Origin: Selaginella moellendorffii
Lineage: Eukaryota > Plantae > Lycopodiophyta
DNA: 64,000 bases
NCBI RefSeq assembly: GCF_000143415.4
Contig: NW_003314399.1
Location: forward strand, 205,428-269,427
Direction: 5' to 3'
Made by a program: the position numbers and the translations under genes. Every line of letters begins with the position of its first letter. Within the stretch, counting starts at the first letter, position 1. Under the pieces are notes generated by a model. It was not told where the DNA came from and did not search any database. It worked only from the letters and a program-made list of their open reading frames with translations. Below, piece by piece: positions 1 to 10,500 of this stretch.

Positions 1-877
1 AATATTCCTATGAATTGTGTAAGGACAAATTAGAGAATTATTAACTCCCACTCTTGTTGTTGAGCAACTAATTATCATTTTAGTAGGCATTAAATTTATG
101 AGGTTTTAGCTTTACAAGAAGGTTGTAAAGTATGCATTTGTCATGAATTTATCGACAGATCTATACCAATAAAACACCTTATACACTATGCAATATGGAT
201 TATAAGTGTCTTTCTTCCTTTTCCAACCATTATTTTTGTGTTTTTATAGCATATTACAAACTTGTAACTTACAAATTTTACATCTATGCCATGATATGTG
301 GGGCAACACATTTTATTGTGGCCTGTGAGGTATCTACAAGTAAAGAAGCCTATACTATTTTCAACACATATGTATGGGTTGTATGTCACTTTGGGAGGCC
401 AAAATGAATAAGGAGTGGTAATGCTCCAAAATATAATGGCGTGAAGGCTGATATGATCTAGTGTTGGGGAGTAGATATAAGAAACTTTAGATATAGAACA
501 TAGATAGGTAGTTTTATGTTTATTTGAAATTTACCTTTCTAGGAGTTTTTTATTAAAATGCATTAAGTATTTATGGTGAGAATTGTACAAGTGAGTGGTG
601 CGGTTTTACAAGCATTTTTTTGAGTCTATTGAGGATATTGGTATTCTTGATATAAGTAATGCATAACATAGATAAAGCTTACAAAGTGTATTTTCGCTTT
701 ATTTTGTAAAAAGATATTGTTGATTGTGTTGCAATATGGAATCTACACAAGGTTCGTCCTTTTAGATGTGATAAATACTTCAAAACATCCCATATCCCTA
801 TTAATTTATTCTAATAGATGGAGTTGTAAACAATTAATTTTTCCATTCTACTTTAGTCACTTAACCACACCTTCGGC

Positions 878-1116
878 CACTTGAAGGAGTCTCACTCACA
901 ACCTCCGTAAGTCTTATTCTGGACTTAGGGTTTGTTATCCCCGAGAATGGCATCTATGCCACTCCACCTTTGCATTTGGTCCAAGTGCTTCACTTGAAGG
1001 AGTCTCACTCACAACCTCCTCACAACCTCCGTAAGTCTTATTCTGGACTTGGGGTTTGTTATCCCCGAGAATGGCATCTATGCCACTCCACTTTTGCACT
1101 TGGTCCAAGTGCTTCA
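878..1116. repeat. ~113-bp tandem duplication within decayed retroelement-like DNA
   Basis: CACTTGAAGGAGTCTCACTCACAACCTCC...GGTCCAAGTGCTT starts at 878 and again at 991; the second copy has an extra ~10-bp internal duplication of TCACAACCTCC. Confidence 0.85.
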
Positions 1117-1407
1117 TGTGTCCAATCCCATGACTAACACCCCAAGGTTCCACTGACATAACAGCCTGTTACGCTATGCCCATTCATCTTGGTCACACTA
1201 GTGGTATAATACCACCTGCACCATAATCCTATCTCTTAAAGACTGGGCCATCCGTCCATGAGTGATCATCCTAGATCTACTCCTTAGCACCCTTAGTGTG
1301 TCTGTAAACATGGAGAACAGCCTTCCCCAATATCCCTTTTTCGGTCCCCACCAAGTCCCTTTTCGACCATAGCCGTGTTCTCCAACACTACCACTGGATT
1401 AAGGCCC

Positions 1408-2060
1408 TGTAAGCTCTTGAGTTTGGACTTCCCAGGAGGTCACCCAGCCTAGTACTACTTAATCCTGTAAGCTCTTGAGTTTGGACTTCCCAGGAGGTCA
1501 CCCAGCCTAGTACTATTCAAACCCAATAACGCTTAACTCCAAAATATCCCAAAACCCTTAATCGATTGGAAAAGGGGGTGCACTCTTATTCACGGGCCCT
1601 TTCCCTCTATATTTGAACCCCATGGATCGTCTCTCGAGTCATTCCCTTTGGTTGCTTACAATCCACCACGCTTCCCTGCAAGTTCACGCCTTCGTGAACG
1701 GAAGCTGAGAGCCGCAGCTCTCCCGAGAGCCCCGCTCTCTTGACACCCTACCCCTCGGGTCGAGCCTAGCGGGAGCAAACTGGACCAGCCAGATGTCAAT
1801 CAACATGTGGTGTGATTCTTCTAGCCAACCAACAAAGTCGGACTCGAGACCTCTTTAATACCAAATGTAAGCTTTTGAGTTTGGACTTCCCGGGAGGTCA
1901 CCCAGCCCAGTACTATTCAAACCCAAGGACGCTTAACTCTAAAATATCCCAAGACCCTTAACCGATTGGAAAAGGGGGTGCACTCTTATTCATGGGCCCT
2001 TTCCCTCTATATTTGAACCCCATGGATCGTCTCTCGAGTCATTCCCTTTGGTTGCTTACA
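1408..2060 (-). mobile_element. Cassandra-type TRIM (non-autonomous LTR retrotransposon with 5S-rRNA-like segment in its LTRs)
   Basis: Two 195-bp LTRs (1466-1660, 1866-2060; TGTAAGC...GCTTACA; ~9 mismatches by eye). 205-bp non-coding internal domain. Met-type PBS TGGTATTAAAGAG next to the right LTR and PPT GGGAAGCGTGGTGGAT next to the left LTR, both on the minus strand. TSD GGCCC at 1403-1407 and 2061-2065. Extra partial LTR copy at 1408-1465. Confidence 0.93.
1883..1939 (-). promoter_or_regulatory. 5S rRNA internal Pol III promoter-like segment (A box/IE/C box) in the Cassandra LTR; second copy at 1483-1539
   Basis: Minus strand GAGTTAAGCGTCCTTGGGTTTGAATAGTACTGGGCTGGGTGACCTCCCGGGAAGTCC aligns to plant 5S rRNA ...AGTTAAGCGTGCTTGGGCGAGAGTAGTACTAGGATGGGTGACCTCCTGGGAAGTCC. 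Confidence 0.9.
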
Positions 2061-2987
2061 GGCCCATAGGCCCAACCACCAAGTCCCACGGTCCTTTAGG
2101 ACTTCCTTACCATGCAATCGTATCCTTGGTCACTACACTAAAGGACTGCTCCTCTTCTTTTCCATAGTCTAGGATTTTGGGACAACATTTTAGAACACTG
2201 CAAACTTACACGAGCCTCTTGTGTACTCTCCCCACCCTCTACCTTTGGGTGCTCTAGCCATGGGCTTAGAGTGAGGTTCCGTTGAGCCACGCCAAGTATC
2301 CAAGTAGGTAGTGCCACCCACACTTGGGCTGGCAGCATCGGCAATTCGATTTCCCAGGGGAACTAAAGCCGATTTTTGAACACTTCACTAAACTACTCTG
2401 CTTGTCAATGTGTGTTCACTCTAGCCTTGGACTTTTTAATGGTTATCCCATCACCCAACACCTAGGTATAGCCTTCCTGGGCCAAATTGACCTTTTCTAG
2501 CTAAATTCACTCCACTGGAGTCCTCCCTATAGCACACCTTATCTGTCTCCCCTTAAACCAACTGGAAAAGGGGCAATTGCTTGATGAGAGAGCCCTTAGT
2601 AGCTATTTTATCCTTATTTATCCCGTAAGGTTTTAAGGATCCACGGTGACAATATATCTAAATCTCATCCCATGATCACATGCGCTACACTCACCCCCCC
2701 TTCAGAGAGGACAATCTGGTATTTTATGTCAGCCAGTTGAAAGGTGTACTATCTCAGAGTGACGGGTCCAATGCCTCCTTGATGTATACGGCTGTGGAAG
2801 ATGGACTAGGAGCTTCCCCAGAAAGGGTGATCACCAGTACAACTCGTCCTTGGGACAAGGACTTTGTTGGGGGGGAAGAATTGTTAGGCGCTAGCTTTGA
2901 CTACGTGGTCAACATCGGTCAAAGGGAGGCTCAAGGGTATATTAAGGCATGTTAGGGTAAGGGACTTAACCTACCCTAGGGCTCACA

Positions 2988-5900
2988 ATGGAGCGGCGGC
3001 GCAGTGAAGCTTTTGAGGTAGCTCGGGGGTGGTTCATGATGAGTTGTCATCGCTCCCACTATCCAGTAAAATCCGCACTGGATCACCATGGAACACGCCC
3101 GCCAGCATTAAAGCGGATTCACGCGTATCCTCGAGCTCCATCTTGTTCCACACACAGTTGAGCTGACGAGCAACGATCGAAAGTCGCTTCCTCCGACCGG
3201 AATGGTCGTTCTCCTCATCCTCACGCTGCAAAGTTTGCAACTTTTTAGTATCGGACTTACCGTGAGAAGAAGATTGGCCATTCTTCTTGTCCTGCTGCTT
3301 GTTCTTCAACTGCAGACAATCAGCCTTGTAGTGTCCAAGTTCGCCGCAATGATGACAACCCTGTCTATAATTCTTGACAAAGAACTTCTGCTTTTTGGAC
3401 CCCTTTGCATCTGAGGTAGTCACCACTGACTTCAACTTGTGATGCTTGTTCCCATCCTTGTGTCCACAGTGATCATCACGACGATTCTCGGCAGAAGGAC
3501 TCTGCAAACGCTTGCGAGACTTGTGCCTAACTTGGAGCGCTACCCCGTCCAGCCTCGAGTGCCTCAACACGCCCACGCATGGTATCCATCATGCCATGCA
3601 TCTCTTCTTGCATCTCTTGCTGATTTCGGTTAAGGGCTCGCAGCTCATGAACCACATCTTGAAGGTGTAGCCACCTCTACTCAACATTTCGATGCTTGTG
3701 TCGAGGGGCTGGAAGTGTTGGTTGGCAAAACCACACTTGTGGAGACTTTTTATCTCGCGGATATTCATCGTGTGGATCTCATTCTTGGGATGCCATGGTT
3801 GGTGAAGGTGGATCCAGAGATAAAGTGGAGTATTAAGCGTATCTCGTTGGAGTATGGTGGCGTTAAAGATGTGTGGTTTCGCGAGGGTGTTCAGCCACCA
3901 GTTGTTATGCTCTCTACTACATCTTTGAGGCGGGCTTGTAGTAATGGAAAAGCACTTTTGAGTTACTTGCTATTTGTTTGTGACTTGGGGGACCAAGGCA
4001 CATGTGGGGGAGAAGCAGCAGTATGGGATGTACTTGACAAGTTTTCTGATGTTTTTCCATCTGAACTTCCTCATGGATTACCTCCGTTACGAGGTGTGGA
4101 GCATGGGATTACATTGGCGCCGGGGACGCGGCCAATTTACCGGCATCCATTTCGGTTAAGTTATGCGGAGGAGCAAGAAGTTCAACGACAAGTCAAGGAG
4201 TTACTTGAGTTTGGATTTATTCAGCCAAGTAAATCTCTGTTTGGTGCTCCGGTCTTGCTTGTGAAGAAGAAGGACGGTTCAATGCGGATGTGTATTGACT
4301 ACCGTGCTTTAAACAAGAAGACAGTGAAGGACAAGATGCCGATGCCACGTATGGATGATATCCTGAACAAGCTTGGTGAAGCACGAATGTTTACCAAGAT
4401 TGATCTGAGGAGTGGATATCATCAGATTGCAATGGATGATGCATCTATCTCCAAGACGGCATTCAACACAAGCTTCGGACATTTTGAATTTACCGTTATG
4501 CCGTTTGGTTTGACAAATACACCGGCCACATTTACTCGGTTGATGACGGAGGTATTTGGGCGTTATCTTCATGAGTTTGTGGAGATTTTCTTGGACGATA
4601 TTCTTGTTTTTAGCAAGAATATGGAGGAGCATAGGATGCATTTGCGCAAGGTTCTTTTGTTACTTCGAAATAGCAAACTTTATGCGAAGAAGAGCAAATG
4701 TGAATTTGCAAAGTCGGAGGTAGAATATCTAGGCTATATTGTGACATCTAAGGGTGTCAAGACAGATCCAAAGAAGGTGGCTATGGTGGAAAACTGGCCT
4801 ACACCGACTACAGTGGCTGAGTTGCACAGTTTTCTTGGTATGGCTAGTTACTACCAACGTTTCTAGCATAAGTTTGCAGAGGTGGCTATTCCTTTGACAC
4901 GGTTGTTATGTAAGAATGTGCCATTCGAATGGAAGACGCCACAAGAGGAGAGTTTTGTGGCGCTGAAACGATTGTTGAGCGAGGCTCCAGTGCTTCGCAT
5001 TGTTGATCCATCAAAACCTTACGAGGTGACATGCGATGCGAGTGGTTATGCACTGGGAGGAGTTCTCATGCAAGAGGGACAGCCTATTGCATATGAGAGT
5101 CGAACTTTGAATTCCGCTGAGCAACGCTATTCCACATATGAGCAATAGTTACTCTCTATTGTTCATGCTTTGCGGACGTGGCGGCACTATCTTTATGGTG
5201 CAGTGTTCATGGTGTTGATAGATCACAAACCATTTGTGTATCTTTTCACACAGAAGGAGTTGAACACTAGGCAAGCTCGTTGGATGGTCAAACTCATGGA
5301 GTTTGGGGAGTTTCCTATTGAGCATCGTCTGGGAAAATCAAATGTGGTGGCAGATGCTTTCTCTCGTGTTCGTCATGTGACGACGTTACGAAAACGATTT
5401 TGTCATCATTTGAGTAAGGTGGTTAGCGAGTTTGGGCAGTTGGTTGAGCATGCTCAGGCTCAGGATGCTGAGGTGGCCTCTTTGCGAGCCCAGATGGAAG
5501 CCCCTTTATGGGATTCTCTACTACAATGGCCATGTATATTTGCCACGGGTGGATGCGTTAATTACTTAAGTTTTATTCCACTATCATGATCGTCCAGAGG
5601 CCGGTCATTTTGGGGGGAAGAAGACGTATGAGTTGATTAAGCACAACTTTTATTGGAGGAATATGAAGGCTGATATCCTTAAGTATTGTAAATCATGCGA
5701 GCTTTGTCAGCGGGTTAAGGTGCCACGAGAAAAGCCGGAGGGACTTTTGCAACCTTTACCTATTCCTCAGAGCCGTTGGTGTAGTATCTCTATGGACTTC
5801 ATCACTTGTTTCACACGAACACAGAGGCAAAAGGAGCAAGTATGGGTTATAGTGGATTGGTTGACGAAGTATGTGCGGTTGTTGGCTCTTCGGAAGACTG

Positions 5901-6361
5901 TCACTGCCTCAGACTTGGCTGCGGTTTACTTGGAGAAGGTTTTTCCTGATTTTGGTTTGCCAAAGGACATCATTAGTGATTGAGATTCAAAGTTCACCAG
6001 TGGATTTTGGAAAAGCTTTGCAAAGGCTATGCAAGTGACTTTGAAACTCTCGAGTGAAGATCATCCTCAGACGGATGGGCAAACCGAACGTGTGAATCAG
6101 GTGGTGGAGGATATGCTACGTTGTAGCATTGGTCAAAGGCAAGGACAGTGGGATTTATATCTTCCGTTAGTGCAATTTGCTTACAACAATAGCCAACACA
6201 GTGGAACCAAGCTAAGTCCTTACTTTGCCATGTTTGGAAGGCATCTTCGAACAGCATTGGAGTTGGGATTGCATTTGAGTAAGGACGTTCAAGATAAGTT
6301 TAATTCCGAAGCAACTGATTTGGCCACAGAACTTGATGAGATCTTGGTGGTGTGCAAACGG
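2988..6361 (+). pseudogene. Decayed Ty3/gypsy (chromovirus-like) gag-pol, with the gag/PR-start segment 3040-3644 inverted
   Basis: PR C-terminus DLILGMPWL; RT RMCIDYRALN, KIDLRSGYHQI, FLDDILVFS; RNase H VTCDASGYALG; integrase HHCC plus ISMDF and HPQTDGQTER. Stops at 4864, 5146 and 5981 and a frameshift near 5500. The zinc knuckle CHHCGELGHYKADC and LLDSGS lie on the minus strand (3034-3576). Confidence 0.92.
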
Positions 6362-6868
6362 AATCACTTAATTGTAGGGCCCTTTCTTTATCTTATTATC
6401 CTGACCTGGTGCCTAACAATCCTCCCCCTCATCAGGGAATGATCGTCCACGATCATACTTAGGCCACCCTCTGGTCACCATAGTCCTTCTCTTAGGGTCT
6501 ACCAAACCTTGGTTCTCCCTCTAGATTCACCATATTGAATATTCCTTAAGAATATTCCTTCCCCACTTGTCAGCCACGAGAATCGAATTGGGCTCCGATA
6601 CCATTGTTAGGAGGCTAAAGGGGTGATCACTTGATTGGTTCTCTCTCTAGATTCACCATGTTGAATATTCCTTAAGAATATTCCTGCCCCACTCGTCAGC
6701 CACGAGAATCGAACTGAGCTCCGATACTATTGTTAGGATCCTATCCCTTACACCCTAAGCCAACTGGCTAAAGGGGTGATCACTTGATTGCAGGGCCCTT
6801 TCCTTATCCTATTATCATTCCCTGACGAGGGGGAGGATTGTTAGGCATCAAGTCAGGATAATAGGATA
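6362..6868 (-). mobile_element. Rearranged TRIM ('TRIM-B') truncating the gypsy integrase
   Basis: LTR pieces TGTTAGG...CCTAACA at 6362-6418, from ~6605 and from ~6731. PPT GAGGGGGAGGAT. PBS-Met (GCTCCGATACCA on +) at ~6592 and again, mutated, at ~6718. Duplicated internal segment (~6510-6603 vs ~6637-6729). Confidence 0.75.
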
Positions 6869-7339
6869 TCCTTCCATTATGTAGACTATCTATTCCATGT
6901 GAGGCAACTAGTCATCCACCCGTACCGCAGTCCCATGGTGGATACCTTTGTCTGTGGATACTCCACACAAGAGGAAGGACGTATGCATGGATGTCCAATA
7001 CGTACGATTTCAAATTTAGGGGTAGGAATATACCTCGCTCAAGGGTATATTATACTTTTTAAATAACCACTAATCAATGGGAATCGAACCCGTGCTATTT
7101 GCTCCGATACCAACTATAACACACCTTATCTCTCTCCCCTTAAGCCAATTGGAAAGGGGGGCAATTGTTTGATAAGAGGCTATTTTATCCCTATTTATCC
7201 CCTAAGGTTCCAAGGATCCACGGTGACAGTATATCTAAATCTCATCTCATGATCACATGCGCTACATTCCCTCTACTATACTTTTGGAGCTCACCAAACC
7301 CCCCAAGGTCTAGGAGACAAACGCTTTAGGCTTTCACCC

Positions 7340-7560
7340 TCTCAGACTCGGACTCGAACTCTGACTTGGGCTTAGGCTCGGTCTCGGTCCCGGTCTCAGT
7401 CTCGGTCTCGGTTCCGGTCTCAGTCTTGGTCTCAGTTTCGACTTCAAACTCCATCTAGGGTCCTTTGCGAATTCCATCTTGAGTCTATCTCAAACTCCAT
7501 CTCAGGTCCATCTCGGACTTCATCTCAGACTCCATCTCGGACTCCATCTCGAGTCCATTT
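7340..7560. repeat. Degenerate minisatellite of 6-bp (GTCTCG) and 12-bp (GACTCCATCTCG) units
   Basis: Tandem GGTCTC/AGTCTC hexamers followed by CTCCATCTC(A/G)GA dodecamers; probably a low-complexity part of the host retroelement. Confidence 0.7.
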
Positions 7561-10500
7561 CATGTCCCTTTTCTAGAGACTCTCTTATGGCTCGCTTCAT
7601 GCTTGTTCCTTGAGCACTCTGTTGGGAGTTCCACTCCCACTCTCAACCTTTCAAGTCAGAGTTTTTAGTCCAAATGTGTTATGCTCGTTTAGCTTTTGCT
7701 TCGGCCACTACCACATGGCACCCTTTCAGCTCCACTTTAGGGTTTAGGGATTTGTGTCTCACAGGAGCAAGAACTCAAATAAGATTAAGACTTCGTTTTG
7801 CTAAGCATTCTAGCATTACTTAAATTTTTTCCTTTTCTTCCAGAATAGTCCAAACTTCTTCACAAAAGATATTGAAGATTTGCCAAGAGAACTCATTTCT
7901 AGTGTTGGATGGAACAACTTTGAGACATGTTAATTTACTTCAATTTATATTATTTTTAAAGTCATTTTTTTTATACAATGTTAATTTTGTAAAGACCAAA
8001 CATTTGTATACATAAGGAAAGCTTGAATCCAGATGAACAATATCTTCTTCATTTGGATCTATTTATAGAGTGTGTAATAGTTGAAGTGCAAAGCCTAAAT
8101 ATTGTAATATACATCAATATTGCAGTGTCAATCGCAACTCTAATGAAGAGAAGAGCTTTACAAAAATTAGAGTTAGCTATTATTTAGGGTTTAACTGGTT
8201 TTATTCTCAATACATTATCCATATATCAAAGATTTGCTTCTATAAGCAAAGATTTAATAATATGACTATTTAATTTATAATTTTTTAAATTAAAATTCAT
8301 ATTAAATACAAAATATAATCTATAGGTACTTTAAGTTGAAAAAATAATAAGAATTTAATATAGCCTAAGTCTAAATTTAGTGATTTATCATATTATTTAA
8401 GAAGTAGAATAACTAGGGTTTTTCATTATATTTTATTTTAATATTGGTACAGCTACCTGTGGGAGGCTCTTTAAATACCAATATTAAAATATAATCATTT
8501 TCAAATTTCAGATCATATCATAGTAAAAAATAATCATATCATAGAAAAATCATGTCAGATTTTAAGTTTACACTAGTAATTTAGATTCTCTTTTGTACTC
8601 TAAAATGGATTGCTAATCTTATTTTTTGGTTTCTACATAGCCAAGAGCTCTAGCCTATTGTATAAAATGGAACTCACAATCAAGTTGATCCTCTTGAGCA
8701 CACTTGGATCTTCTATGCTTAGATCATCTATGCTTAAATTTAGATCTTTTACAACATCACTCAATACACACAAAGTTGGCATTGTGATTGCATTGAAAAA
8801 GAGGATTTTGAGAATGCTTATGTAGTTTCTTACTGCACTATAACTCACCCTCACTTGCTGATCACCCACTAATCACTTACTAAATCTCATTAATCATTTT
8901 TTGGAATGATTTTGGAAGTGGTCACTTCTAAGAATGATGCATCATGCTGATATACCAACCTAGAACACAATGGTTTCATCTTGTCCTCCTCATGGTTTAT
9001 AGTTTGTTCTTGGAATGTGTTGTTGGATGCATTGTAGATTAACAATGGCCAAAGCTGTTAAATTTAGGGTTCTTATATTGGTTTAGGGTTTGATTTAGGG
9101 TAAAGTGACATATTAATTATGCCTTGGATTTCAAATAATTTTCCTTCTTAATTATATTTAACAACTCCAAGATTGATGTAGTATGACTCTTCATTTCTAA
9201 GCCGAGAGAGCTATGATGATTTAGCAAGAGTGCCAATCAAGTGTTGGATTATTGTCTATGGTGAGTATCATGCCTTTGTTTTGGTAGTGATCGATTGTTT
9301 CACTAATTATGCCCATCACAAACTAGAACACTAGGTTTCGCAGTACGAAGGGGTAGACCCCAACTCTAGTAACTCCTTTGGCTGGTAACACCATCTATAT
9401 AGGGGCAAGTTCTTAGTGTTCTACCAATTGCCTTTGAGCAAGTAGAGCACTATGTTGTATTGCATATATTGCATGTTTTCACCTCCTCAAGGTTATGGCT
9501 TTGCATATAACATTTCCTCCCCACCACAATCAAAACTAACACCACATCAGCAAATTATTGAGTAAAGCATAAGTCCTACTCCAACCTTGAATCTTGCAAC
9601 AATTTCCACACAAGCTTCTAGTGCCATGCAAAATAGCAATAGTCACAGCCCACGCAAAAGCATGACAAAGATAGGGTCTGTGAGTGCCTATAACCCCATC
9701 CACCTCATAAGGAAGGAAGTGACTAATGAGTGTAAATGTTTTGTCCATCTTGTTATTTTAAATGACTTAATTATACATTTGTCACTAGGATGATTTGACC
9801 ACTCCATTGGCACACAATTCATTTAATCATGGAGCTATCTCCCCTTTCCAGTCCTTGTTGCGGCTGTCCTCCTCATCATCCTTGGCATTTCAGTTACACC
9901 ATTACACATTGTGTTGCATAGCCACTTTCCCATCAAACCATAAATAATCTCACTATGTTGTAACCTCCTATATTCTTACTATGTTTTGGCAATGTAGAGC
10001 CTTTCTTTATTTGTTGCAGTAGTGCAAATCTTTGCTAACAACAATTGAGAAAGTTTGTCCTCTTGACATAAACATCTTAGAAGACACTTCAAAATTTTAG
10101 CCAATGTTGCTAGCTCAATAGTAAATGTTTCATGTGCTCTAACGACAATGCTGGTCACTAAGTTCATTATCATTCTAATGTCTTAGCACCTGTATTACTT
10201 TAGCCGACATAGGGAACCAACGATCAACATGACAAAACTTGTGGAAATGTAAGTCAATTTGCCAAAGCACCTCCTTTGGTATGGAGTCTACACGAGTTCA
10301 AATTTCCACTTAAACACAACTTAAGTAGCCATCAAAACAATAGTTGAAGGATAGGCTTTTAGAGATACACTATTAACTAATGTGGGGGCTTTTATATGTA
10401 GATCAAGATAGTTTACAGTACTCAACCATCTGTAAAAGCTCAGAAATTTAGAGAGAGCTTTTGTCACCCATGTTACTGGCTAGCAGCCACCTCTTGAGAT

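Larger units (their letters stand above)
2528..7266 (-). mobile_element. Short-LTR element (TRIM-like, 'TRIM-A') expanded by nested insertions
   Basis: Direct repeats 2528-2689 and 7115-7266 (TATA(G/A)CACACCTTATC...TGCGCTACA). PPT GAAGGGGGGGTGAG beside the left LTR. PBS TGGTATCGGAGC (7101-7112, tRNA-Met type) beside the right LTR. Near-TSD CTCCC/TTCCC. Confidence 0.8.

Noticed and set aside
1483-1539. 5S rRNA gene
   Set aside because: Only ~57 nt of 5S similarity, embedded in LTRs; not a 120-nt gene with a terminator.
7736-9100. TTTAGGG motifs as an interstitial telomere
   Set aside because: Only scattered single or double units, not an array.
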